Assembly (NCBI GenBank): GCA_025594325.1
Contig: JANHCV010000016.1
Span: 62,001-126,000 of the forward strand
Direction: 5' to 3'
Length of the DNA: 64,000 bases
DNA from: Blastocladiella emersonii ATCC 22665
Taxonomy: Eukaryota; Fungi; Blastocladiomycota
Each line of letters starts with the position of its first letter. Within the stretch, counting starts at the first letter, position 1. A program made the translations under genes and the position numbers. The notes under the pieces are model-generated. The model saw only the letters and a program-made list of their open reading frames with translations. It ran no database searches and had not been told where the DNA came from. Below are positions 1-9,909 of the stretch, in pieces.

Positions 1-492
1 GGCGACACGCTCCTCGCCGCCGACCTCGCTTCGCTCTTCGCGTCGGGCGGCAAGGCGAGCGTCTTGGACGCGCACGGTGGGCCCGTGTGTGTTTTCCAAG
101 TGGACGGCGAGGGTGCTTACACGGTCTCAGTTACTGCAGTCGAGGGCAGTAAGAAGGTATCACGAGTGGTGATGCGGGCGACGGTCAAGCGGCACGGGCG
201 GCGCAAGGGCGAATTCGCCGTGGCCGTCGAGGTCCACGACCACGGCCCGCTGTTTGTCGAGCTCGCGCGCCCGCGTCGACGGCAGCGCGAGATGGCCAAG
301 GTGTACTCGGGCCACACAACAGCCGGAGGGCTTCTCGTTGCCGCGGTGGTTCATGGACACGGTGCTGCTCACGTCAAGGCCGCGGTCGAGGTCGACGTAG
401 CTCCTGGCGTCGATCTCGCGGCGATCGCGATGATGTGTTTTGTCGTAATCGATGTCCAGGACCGGCTAGGGCATGTGTATAGTAAACCCTAA
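1..492 (+). CDS. LURP1/Tubby-C-like (scramblase-fold) protein, 5' end outside window
   Basis: Frame 1 is open from base 1 (GDTLLAADLASLFASGG...) to TAA at 490-492. It is clearly paralogous to 757-1407 (LAADLA..FASG, KVYSGH..AGGLL, VEVDVAPGVDLAAI). Confidence 0.75.
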   Translation, partial: GDTLLAADLASLFASGGKASVLDAHGGPVCVFQVDGEGAYTVSVTAVEGSKKVSRVVMRATVKRHGRRKGEFAVAVEVHDHGPLFVELARPRRRQREMAKVYSGHTTAGGLLVAAVVHGHGAAHVKAAVEVDVAPGVDLAAIAMMCFVVIDVQDRLGHVYSKP

Positions 493-756
493 ACGTTTTG
501 ATTGACAAGCTGATGAGCTGGGCACGTTCACGCTCCGGCGGAACGGCCTTGAGCAGGGCGGCCTTGTGACCTGAAACGCGACGCGCCGGTGACGCATCCT
601 GAGTCACCGCCGCACGGACGCCCGCATCAGCGAGGGCCGCTCTGGCATGGCGCGGATTCGTCTCCCGCTCTCCCCCGCCATCCCTCGTCCCTGAATCACG
701 GCCCCTCTTGTGCTATGCATTCTCGCCTTCCGCATCGAGCAGCTAGCTAGTTAGTC

Positions 757-1407
757 ATGGGCAACACGCACTCGCGCTCAGCGCTCACGTCGTACGCCGC
801 GAACCCTCTGGCCATCATCGACCCCCGGTTCTGTGCCGCCCACCCTGCGCGGCTCGTCGTCAAGTACAACACGGGACTGCCCGAGGGCAGCGGCACGCTC
901 GTCGCCGACGACACGACGGGCGCCACGGTGCTCGCCGCCGACCTCGCGCCGTTTTTTGCGTCCGGCAGCAAGTCGGAGGTCACGGACGCATATGGCACGC
1001 CCGTGTGCACCCTCCAAGCTGACGGCGAGGGCGGGTACACGGTCACGGCTGCAGCGGATGGCGGCTACGAAAAGCCCAAGACGGTGATGCAGGTCGGCGT
1101 CAAGCACGCTCCGCGGCGGAAGAAGCGGTTTGCGCTCGTCGCTGATATCCCTGGTCGAGGTCTCCTGTACGTCAAGGCCGGTCGGGTGCAACGAGGCGAC
1201 CGCGCTGTCGTCGCCAAGGTGTATTCGGGCCATCCCAAGGCCGGCGGGCTGCTCCTGGCGAGGGTGACGCACGGCCACGCTGAGGTGCTCGCCAGGGCGA
1301 CGGTCGAGGCCGACGTGGCGCCGGGAGTCGATCTCGCCGCGGTCGCGGTCTTGTGTATCATTGCAGTGGATGTCGAGAAGCGCTTGTCGGTGTGGAAGAA
1401 ACAATAG
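757..1407 (+). CDS. LURP1/Tubby-C-like protein, 216 aa, predicted N-myristoylated (MGNTHS)
   Basis: Intronless ORF. IIDPRFCAAHPARLVV resembles the LURP-one N-terminal motif, and the C-terminal VAPGVDLAAVAVLCII resembles the final LURP/Tubby helix. Confidence 0.75.
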   Translation: MGNTHSRSALTSYAANPLAIIDPRFCAAHPARLVVKYNTGLPEGSGTLVADDTTGATVLAADLAPFFASGSKSEVTDAYGTPVCTLQADGEGGYTVTAAADGGYEKPKTVMQVGVKHAPRRKKRFALVADIPGRGLLYVKAGRVQRGDRAVVAKVYSGHPKAGGLLLARVTHGHAEVLARATVEADVAPGVDLAAVAVLCIIAVDVEKRLSVWKKQ

Positions 1408-1883
1408 AGGTGGTTGACGGGGCGAGATCAGACTGGCAATCAGGCACACGGGGCCGTGAGGTGTCCACGCAGGGCAAGTATCGCACAAAAGGAGCGCTGT
1501 GGTCCAAGTGTTGACCACTGAGCCGAGCAGCTGACGCGACGCGTGTCTCCTGCCCCTCGTTATCCCGACATACAACGCAAACCGCGTTCATCAAGACTAG
1601 ACGCGATACCGCATCAGCATTGTGTTTCCCGATGAGATGCACCATGAAAGTCCATCGCGAGTCCCTGCAACGCGTCGCGCGACGCGTCGTTCATCTCATC
1701 GCGGCTCGGCTTGCCCGACCACTCGCCGCTCGCGCACCCCGCCACCTCCTATGAACCGCGGGCTTGCAACATTCTGCCGCCCTTCTTCAACGCTTCGCTG
1801 CACGCCCTAGAAGCCTTCCTGCGCCCTTCGCCCCGTCCACACTCTTCCAGCCCGCGACATCGACCATCCAGCAACTACGAACG

Positions 1884-2804
1884 ATGGGGAACGCTTCCTC
1901 GACCCCGTCACTGGCCGCCCGCCGCCACCGCGGCCTGACGTCGTACGCCTCGAACCCGCTGGCCGTCGTCTCCCCGCTCTTCGTCACGCGCGCCGCGACC
2001 TCGCTCGTTCTGGCCCCCGCGGCCCCCGCCATCGCCGAACTCGGCACCATGTGGACGCTCCGCGACTCGGCCGCCGGTGCCATCCTCGTCTCGCTCACCG
2101 TCGACCCCGAGTCCCGCGCAATCTCGGTCTCCGACCCGTTCGGCGAGCAAGTGTTCGCCCTAGCTGCTCCGGCCGCGGATGACGACGTCGGCGTCACGGT
2201 CGCTTCGGCCCAGTCGGGCGACGACGGCGAGCCCGAGTTCTTCCACGTCGACGCGGTCCCCGGCGTCGCCGACTTTGCCGCCGTCACCCGCGACCACGGA
2301 CTCATGTACCTGCGGCACACTCGGGCGCACAAGCGCGGCAAGAAGGAGCAGCACACCGCCGTTCCCAATGGTGGTGCGGAAGCAAGCAGCAAGTGGAAAG
2401 TGTACTCGGGTCACCCGTCCGCCGGCGGCCTGCTCATCGCGCGCATCAAGCCGGCCCTCGCGGGTCGCGGTAAGAAGGCGACCAGTCGTACCACCACAGC
2501 TGAGTCCCTCACGGCTCTGCGCATCGACATGGCCGCGGGGATCGATGCAGCGGCGCTCGCATCGCTCGTCGTTCTCGCTGTCGTCGGCGTTCCGACTCGC
2601 AAGCCGGCATCGAGACCGGGCACATGGCCACGCGCCGTCTCGGCCGCGGCCGAGTCGCTGGCCCGCCGCCCGCGCCGGTTCCTGTCGTCGACGCTTCGCC
2701 GGCAAGTCGTGGGCAGTCAGCCGGACATGGCTGTGGAGGGGTCGGCGCTCGACCTGTTTCTCTCAGAGGATTCGATGGTGTTCCCGGAGGTCGCGGCCGA
2801 GTGA
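1884..2804 (+). CDS. LURP1/Tubby-C-like protein with C-terminal extension (MGNASS start)
   Basis: ATG at 1884 inside ORF 1764-2804. It shares LTSYASNPLAVV, KVYSGHPSAGGLL and IDMAAGIDAAALA with its neighbours. Confidence 0.7.
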   Translation: MGNASSTPSLAARRHRGLTSYASNPLAVVSPLFVTRAATSLVLAPAAPAIAELGTMWTLRDSAAGAILVSLTVDPESRAISVSDPFGEQVFALAAPAADDDVGVTVASAQSGDDGEPEFFHVDAVPGVADFAAVTRDHGLMYLRHTRAHKRGKKEQHTAVPNGGAEASSKWKVYSGHPSAGGLLIARIKPALAGRGKKATSRTTTAESLTALRIDMAAGIDAAALASLVVLAVVGVPTRKPASRPGTWPRAVSAAAESLARRPRRFLSSTLRRQVVGSQPDMAVEGSALDLFLSEDSMVFPEVAAE

Positions 2805-2906
2805 TCGTGTGAAGAACGATAATGATGATATGATATATCCATAGACGGCGGCCCGCTGTGACCGCGCTTCTCACCCTTGCAGAGCGGTCAGGTAAACAAT
2901 GAGATT

Positions 2907-3545
2907 CTAGGCACAGACTCCAACGACAGCGGCCATCACCGACGACGATGCGAGCAGCGTCACGTCGCAGTCAGCAATCATCTTGACGACGACCAGCAGC
3001 GCCGTGATAGCCACCGCGTCCACGCCCGCCGCGAGCTCCACCGTGTACTCGGGATGCAGCCCGCCCGAGCTCGCGACGCGTGCAATCAGCGGCGCTGTCA
3101 GATCAGCGACCTCGCCAAGGAACACGTACGCGCGCGACGACCCGAACGCTACGTGCAGCTTGCGCTCCGCCGACGTGGTCACCTCGAGACTTCTGGAGTG
3201 TCGCTTGATGGACAAGACCGGTGGCGTGTCAGGATCGCGCTTTCCGCCATGCACGCCAGCGTGGACCACGAACCTGAGCCCGTTCAGCTCGCGGATCGTT
3301 GCGATGGTCGCGCCCGACCCGTCGCTGATCGTGCACTTGGCGACCAGCGCGCGCGACTCGATGGCGAACAGCGGCAGCTTGAGGATCGCGCTGGAGACGA
3401 GGAAGTTGTCGCTGAGCGCGCTTTTGGACGTGATCGTCAGGTCCGACCGCAGCCCGAAGCAGTACTCGCGGCCGAACACGGACAGCGGACACTGCAGTTG
3501 CGAGGCCAGCGGGAGGTCTTTGAAGGCTGAGTTTGTGTTTCCCAT
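2907..3545 (-). CDS. LURP1/Tubby-C-like protein, 212 aa (MGNTNS start)
   Basis: ATG at 3545 (minus). Contains PLSVFGREYC..DLTI, CTISDGSGATIATIRE and YTVELAAGVDAVAITALLVV, all LURP-one-like. Confidence 0.75.
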   Translation of the reverse strand: MGNTNSAFKDLPLASQLQCPLSVFGREYCFGLRSDLTITSKSALSDNFLVSSAILKLPLFAIESRALVAKCTISDGSGATIATIRELNGLRFVVHAGVHGGKRDPDTPPVLSIKRHSRSLEVTTSAERKLHVAFGSSRAYVFLGEVADLTAPLIARVASSGGLHPEYTVELAAGVDAVAITALLVVVKMIADCDVTLLASSSVMAAVVGVCA

Positions 3546-4518
3546 CGTGTTTAATTCGTGTCTCGAGGGACTGAGAGAAGGATCGGGAGGCGCTGCGATG
3601 AAGAGGCGTTCGGAGGGCCGAGCCTCTGGACCGGAAAAACTTGGCACGCACTCGCCCGCTAAGAGTTGCTCCGGCTTTGATCCGGTCCCTGAGCGTTTAA
3701 TTAGTTGGCGGTTCAGTTAATACGTTGCAGGATCTGCACGCTGCCTGGTTTATGAGGTTGAGCGAGGTCAATTGGCGTGCAAGTGTGGTCCAACGCTCTC
3801 ACATGCCCGTCAAGGGTTCCTTCGTCCTCGGTTTCGAAGAGATGTGCAGGCAGTGTAGACATCAGCCGATGTAAGGCTTGTGTTGCTTATAATGACAAGC
3901 TGTGATGTTGATGGTCGTAGTGATCGTTGCCGCCAGCTCGCGTCGTGCCACGCGGCTCGCGAGCCGTTTTCGCCACTCGTCACGCTTCAACCTGCACAGA
4001 AGATTTAACGAACGGAGTTCATTAGTTTTGCGTGATGTTCAGGATGGCCAGCGAGCGACGTGCCGCGAGGTCCACAATGGACGCGTCGCGAAATCACGTG
4101 GGTCCGCGATGACATGAGCGACGCGTGCTTGCCCGTTTGATCCAGCGGGCTCCCTCGCGATTTCCAAGCAACTAGAACAGAACAGGTAGTGATTCAACTT
4201 TCAGTTTGGGCGAGGACCCTACTCCTCATACATCTACAGGAAATATCACACAGGCTGGAGCTGCCCGCACCCTCCATTCAGCCTGAAACCGCAACGCCGG
4301 GACAAGAAGATCCTGCCTGTCGGTGCGCGCACGGACCCCGCCCCATGAGGGCGTGCCGAGAGCATCTCGGTGTTTCGGGCATTGTTCCGGAACAAGAGCA
4401 GCGTGCCAAGCAAGCAATCACGCCGGGACAGCGGATTGGGCCTGGAGCGAGCAAGGACACTCAAAAGGCAGTGGGCACCCCGCGAGATCCTCACGAAAAC
4501 TTACTTGACCTCGGCAAG

Positions 4519-5338
4519 TTGAAACTGTTCTCCTCGACCAACTACTCGAAGCACACCCTGACCACGGCGTATGTCGAGGCGCCGCAGGCCATTGTGGGCC
4601 CGCAGCACGTCCAGTCCAGTGCGCCCGTCGAGCTCTCCATCGAGATCATCAAGGCCGAGTCGCATGTCTTCCTGGCCACAAGTGGTCGCTCGCGATGGTG
4701 GCCAAGAGCAAGACCACGGGCGACGTCGAGGACCAGCTCGTGGGCCACGACTCGGTGAAGACAGGCAACCTGGTCGTTGGCGACGCCAAGCGCGATGAGC
4801 CGAAGCTCGCATTGTACGTCGAGGCGAAGCAGTTCATGGACCGGTCGGCGCAGGTGGTTCGCGCCGATACGGTCCCCGAGTCGTTCGTGCAGAACTTTCC
4901 CGAAGAATTTCTGTACGCCGCTGGGAGCGGGTCCGTGCGCGGAACCGTCCGTGACAACCCGGTCAACGCCAAGAACGAGAACCCTGACGATTTCCCGACG
5001 TACCAGGACACAACGCACACGGGCGGAAACGACCGCGCCGCGGTCCTGTGGCGCGCATCATGCAGGTCGATCTCAAATACGGTATGCTCAGATTGAAGGT
5101 TAAGGCCAGGACGACGAGCGGCGCCGTGATCGTCGGCAAGGGCAACTCGAGCGCCATGTACTTTTTCCTCGGCCACCCGCGCGACGGCGGCGAGCTTGTC
5201 GGGACCGCCAAGAGCACGCGCCGCTTCGACCTGGCCAAGCACATTGACGTGGCCGTCGCACCGGGCGTCGGCGCGGCCGCGATTCTGACGATCGTCGGCG
5301 CTATCCGCCGCATGATGTTTACCGGCCTTACTGCATAA
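4519..5338 (+). pseudogene. Frameshifted copy of the LURP-like gene at 57841-58650
   Basis: Three consecutive frames jointly align end to end with 57841-58650 (FSS..YS, VGPQHVQ.S.PV, VQNFP, RIMQV.LKYG, FFLGHP..GGEL, APG). The start position reads TTG, with frameshifts near 4674 and 5050. Confidence 0.75.
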
Positions 5339-5499
5339 ATGCTCGTTGACTGATCTGCGAGACAAAGTGAGAGACGCGCCGCGATATCATGTGGGTCCAC
5401 GCCGGCGCTCAGCCCCCTCGCCTTTCGACTCCCCTCCCCTTCTCCCTCCGTCTGGACCGTTCTTCCCTCAAACCCATCACTCACTGCACCGAACTTGCA

Positions 5500-6411
5500 A
5501 TGGACTACCGCCGCCGCGACCGCCGCCGCGCGGATCCGTCGTCGTCGACCTCCGAGTTTGCGCGGGCCGCCGCCGCCGCTGCCGCGCTGCCCGGCCCCGC
5601 CGTCACGGGCGACGGCGCCGACGACGATGCGCCGCAGTACGACGAGTTTGGCCGCGTCATTGACCGGCAGGATGTGATCAAGCGCGCCAAGGACCGCGAC
5701 CGCGAGCGCGAGCGGGAACGGGAGCGCGAGAGGGACCGGGAACGACGTCGCAGCCGCAGTCGGAGCAGGGACCGGTACCGCGAGCGGGAGCGGGATCGTG
5801 GAGACCGTGACCGTAGTGACCGTGACCGCGACGGCGGGAGAGGGCACGGCGAGTACCGGACGTCCCGCCGCCGGTCACGCTCGCGGTCTAGGTCGCCGCC
5901 GCCTGCGCGGTCGTGTACGCCACCGTTCAGTTCTCATCCGTGCGTCGGGATACTGACGACTTTCCGAGTGTAGACGGCGGATCCTCGAGTCGAGGCGGTG
6001 CGAGAGGAGGCAGCAGCCGGCCGATGCGGCCGTCCGAGAGTACGCTCCCTCACCTCTCAACCCACTCCCGCCCATCCTAACTTACTTCCTCGCCGTCTAG
6101 TCCAAGCCCTCGCCGAAGCCCGCCGTGCCGCGCGCGGCGGCGTCTCGTCGTCCGACTCCGAGTCGGACGCGGGCGACACCGACTCAGCCGCCCCCTCCGG
6201 CGCGGCAGCTGCCGACGCCGACGAGGACCTGAGCGCGCTGGACCCGGAGGAACAGATGCGGCGTATGATGGGGTTCGGCGGGTTCGACACGACCAAGGAG
6301 AAGAAGCACGCCAACGTGTCGGCGGCCAACGTGCACAAGCCGCCCGTCTACCGCCAGTATATGAACCGGCGCGGCGGGTTTAACCGGCCGTTGTCTCCCA
6401 AGAGGCAGTAG
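5500..6411 (+). CDS. SNRNP27: U4/U6.U5 tri-snRNP 27 kDa protein, 2 exons (intron about 5915-6100)
   Basis: RS/RD-rich N-terminus. C-terminal MMGFGGFDTTK...YRQYMNRRGGFNRPL is diagnostic. The intron has GTACGC, a CTAAC branch site and TAG. Confidence 0.9.
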
Positions 6412-6479
6412 CGAGGTGGAATGAAGGCAAAAACTGTACTTTCTATCAACAAAAACGCGGGAATGGAGGGAGAGGGAGG

Positions 6480-9107
6480 TCAGGGCCGGTCGAGCGAACC
6501 CCAGTCGCCCGCCGCCGCCTCGAGCTCGTGCAGCGCGCGGTCCAGCGTGTTGAGCCGCGGCCGCCCGCTCGCATCCGCGTCCGCGTCCGGGTCGGCGGCG
6601 GGCGCGAGCGTCGCGGGAGCGGCCTGCGGGCTCGGAGGCGCTGCGGGCACGTGAGCAGGATCGACGGGGGAAACCATTGGCACGATGACGGGCGACGGCG
6701 GGGCCGCAATCGACGCGGACGACCCGCGCCGCGGAGGCGCTGCCGCCGGGGCCAGAGTCGGCGCGACAACGGGACTCGCCACAGGCTGGACGTTGGGCGA
6801 GGGCGGAGCGACCACAGACGCCGACGACCCACGCCGCGGCGGACCCGTCGCCTCCGTCGCCACCATCACCGCAACCGCGTCTGAGAGCGACCCTCTGCGC
6901 ACCTCGGGCACAGCCGGCGGCGGTCCGGGCAATGGCTCTCCGTCGTCAGTCGTCGGGACCATCCGGCGGAGACTCTCAGCGCGAGCGAGCGCGACGGTAC
7001 GCTCGAGCGTGGGCAGGATGAGGTGGAACGTCGGCACGTCCGCTGCCGCCGCGGCGGCCGCGTGTTCGGCGAACCCAGGCGTCGGACGCGCGAGCGAGTG
7101 GTGCGTGGGCGCGGCGGGGATCGCGTCGTCGGCCTCGGGCAGCGGCGAGAGCATCGCGACCGAGTCGCGGCGCGGATCGTGCCCGCCGTGCGCGTGGTGG
7201 AACCCGGTGGCGGTCGCGGGCGTGACGGGCGGCGTGGGCGCGACGGGCAGGGGCTTGTCGAGGGCAGACCCGCGGCGCGATCCGCCCAGGCGCGGCGACG
7301 ACATGACGGACGAGACGGGTCGCGAGATGAGCGCGAACACGTACGCGTCAGTGTTGTCCTCGTCGTCCTCGTTGACCTCGCCTAGGGGCGTGAGCGAGAC
7401 GTTGGACGGGTTGCGGCGGTGGCCCGGGCGCGGGACCGGGCGGCCGACACCGCGCGGGGACATGGGCGACAGCGGCGATGCGGGGACGCCGTTGGACCCG
7501 CGGCGGATCCCAGACGCCGCGGCTGTGGGCGTCGTGGGCGTGAGCGCGGGGGATCCAGCGGCGCTCCCGATCCACGAGACGCGGTGGTGCTCGGTGGTCG
7601 GCGTGCCCGACCCGGTCGACAGCGTCGAGAGGCGGTGGCCCGCGGCAGCGAGGTCCTCGGGGCTCATGTGCGACGAGAGGCGGTACGGCGCGCCCGTGGC
7701 CGAGGAGGTCCCGCTCAGGTACGACGCGCGCACGGGGGTCGTGGACGAGGAGCCCTGCGACGACATGGACAGTGCCGAGTGCCGTGTGGTCCCTGCGGCG
7801 GGCTTCTTGCGCCGCGAGCCGACGGGGCGGTCGAAATCGGGCCGCTCAAACTTCCAGAACTCCTCCTCGCCGTTGGGCCCGAGCCGCGGCGTGCCCGGGT
7901 TGCTGCCCCCGCCGTCGGCGACCGCGGTCTTGGCGGCCTTGGGGTCAAAGTAGAACGAGTTGCGGGTCGGGCCGGGCGACGCGGGCACGGTGCCCGTCGG
8001 CGTGAGCGGGGGCTCGCGGCCCGACGCGGCAAACGACGGCGCGTACGAGGGCCGGCGGCTGCCGCCGTGCGGGTCGACCGAGTAGATGCTCCCGGCAATG
8101 GTGCTCCCGTTCCCGCCGAGCTGCGACATGGTGCCGAGATCTGACGCGCTGACGACGGTGGACGGTGCGGGCTTCTTGAGGGTTTTGCGGTACATGACGT
8201 ACCCGCCGGCGGCGAGGAGGAGCAGGGCGGCGCCGCCAGCGGCCATGGTGACGATGAGCCAGGTCGCGAGTCCTGGCGGGCCCGCGCCGCCGCCGGCCCC
8301 CAAAACGGCGGTGATCTCAAGCGGGCGGTCGACGGCGCACTGGCTCGAGAAGCTGGTGCACACGCCGAGACTGCACTGGGCCGAGTCGACGCACCGCGCG
8401 GACGCGGTGAGGGCGGCGCGGAACGAGACGGTGGTGGGCGGGTCGGCGAAGGTGCCGTTCCCCGCGGCGGCCGCCGGGTACACGGCGCGCGCGGCGGTGG
8501 CGCCGACGACGGCGTCGATGGGCCAGGTCGGGCGGCACACCTTGGTGGCGGGCGCGCAGTAGGCGAGGCGCAGCGGGGCGAACCCGAGGGCCGCGAACGG
8601 CGAGCTGGCAAAGTCGGCCCCGCCCCACGCCGTCGACCCGCCGGCCGCGGACCCGGGGAGGTCCAGGAACCGGCCCGTCGACGGCGTCACGGCGGACGGG
8701 TCGAAGATCGGGTCCTTGGGATCGCCGAGCGCCGCGGGCCCGCGCGCGGTCGAGGCGCAGTCCGAGTGGGCAGTGCACGCCGTCCCCGCATCGGCGGCGA
8801 CGCGGCACGTCTTCTGCGAGCATACGGTGGACATGCACGAGTTGTAGACGTCGGGGCACGCCTGGTAGACGCAGGCGGCGAGCAGGTCCTGGGCGTCGCG
8901 CAGGGCGCTGGCGCGGGTGCGTTTCGCGGCGTCGTCGAGCCCGGCGGCGGCGGTGAAGGCGTCGGTCAGCGCCCTGACGCGGTCGCCGAGCACGGCGGCG
9001 CACTTGTCGCGGGCGCACGCGGCGAGCTGCGCCGGGCAGGTGCCGGGGACGCGCGCCAGGCAGTCGCTCGACGTCGAGCAGGCGCCGCCCGGGCCGGCCG
9101 AGGCCAT
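6480..9107 (-). CDS. Single-pass membrane protein with Cys-rich ectodomain and long disordered cytoplasmic tail
   Basis: 875-aa ORF with coding-like codon use. About 20 Cys in the N-terminal 260 aa (C-x5-C-type modules such as CSTSSDC and CTAHSDC), a TM segment WLIVTMAAGGAALLLLAAGGYVMY followed by RK, then an S/P-rich tail. No signal peptide is visible, so the 5' exon may be missing. Confidence 0.7.
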   Translation of the reverse strand: MASAGPGGACSTSSDCLARVPGTCPAQLAACARDKCAAVLGDRVRALTDAFTAAAGLDDAAKRTRASALRDAQDLLAACVYQACPDVYNSCMSTVCSQKTCRVAADAGTACTAHSDCASTARGPAALGDPKDPIFDPSAVTPSTGRFLDLPGSAAGGSTAWGGADFASSPFAALGFAPLRLAYCAPATKVCRPTWPIDAVVGATAARAVYPAAAAGNGTFADPPTTVSFRAALTASARCVDSAQCSLGVCTSFSSQCAVDRPLEITAVLGAGGGAGPPGLATWLIVTMAAGGAALLLLAAGGYVMYRKTLKKPAPSTVVSASDLGTMSQLGGNGSTIAGSIYSVDPHGGSRRPSYAPSFAASGREPPLTPTGTVPASPGPTRNSFYFDPKAAKTAVADGGGSNPGTPRLGPNGEEEFWKFERPDFDRPVGSRRKKPAAGTTRHSALSMSSQGSSSTTPVRASYLSGTSSATGAPYRLSSHMSPEDLAAAGHRLSTLSTGSGTPTTEHHRVSWIGSAAGSPALTPTTPTAAASGIRRGSNGVPASPLSPMSPRGVGRPVPRPGHRRNPSNVSLTPLGEVNEDDEDNTDAYVFALISRPVSSVMSSPRLGGSRRGSALDKPLPVAPTPPVTPATATGFHHAHGGHDPRRDSVAMLSPLPEADDAIPAAPTHHSLARPTPGFAEHAAAAAAADVPTFHLILPTLERTVALARAESLRRMVPTTDDGEPLPGPPPAVPEVRRGSLSDAVAVMVATEATGPPRRGSSASVVAPPSPNVQPVASPVVAPTLAPAAAPPRRGSSASIAAPPSPVIVPMVSPVDPAHVPAAPPSPQAAPATLAPAADPDADADASGRPRLNTLDRALHELEAAAGDWGSLDRP

Positions 9108-9848
9108 GGTTTGCTGAGGGTGGCGGTGGTGGCGCTGGTCGCGGCGATGATGGGCGAGTGCAAAGCAGGCGATGCGTTGCAGGTAGTGGTGGGCGGGGCA
9201 GCAGGTGCCGTCGCGGTCTATAGTCTATTTCATGTACGGGGTCCACGAGCAGGAGGAGGTCGTCGTGAGGATTTGGTGGCGCTGGCGCAGGCGCTCTGCT
9301 GCTGACACGGCGCGGCGCAAGTGTGGCGGTGGCGCATGTCGAGGGAAGATGACCGTGGCGGCCGCCTCACGGGGCCGCGCGACGCGACTCTCGCGTCTAG
9401 CATCGCCTGGTGCGCCGCGAGCGAGTCGCTGGGGGCCCGGGCGAGGCCCAAAGTCGCGATGTACCAAGTTGGGTCGAACAACGGTTAGCAGAGCTCGCCC
9501 TTGGGGCGGGAAGTCGGCGCGACGCGCCTCGCTCGCAGTCCCCTCCGTGATGCGTGCTGTGATGGCTGCACTGATGGCCGGTGCTCCTGCCAACGGAGCA
9601 ACATGAGCCGACCGTGGTGGGCGAGAATGACAACTCAGTCGACTGAGAGTGTACTCGGGCCTCATATTCGCGTGTGTATCCAGACCATGCGAAGATCCCG
9701 TTCTCGTCGTCCCTGCCGTCAACAAACGGCCAGGGAGGCGACCCTGACAGCACCAAGTCCCAGCTCGGGTGGCGGTGCTTGAGTCGGCGCCTCCGCGCTC
9801 AGCCACCCGTGAACAGATCTGAGGCCGTCGAACCGCAATGGTCGCGGG

Positions 9849-9854
9849 TATAAA
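9849..9854 (+). promoter_or_regulatory. TATA box (GTATAAAG) of P450 gene
   Basis: TATAAA about 60 nt upstream of ATG 9910, in otherwise GC-rich DNA. Confidence 0.5.
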
Positions 9855-9909
9855 GCAGGGGTCCCGCCTCTGCCGGCCTTCTCTCTCCACCCTCGCAACC
9901 ACGCCCACC

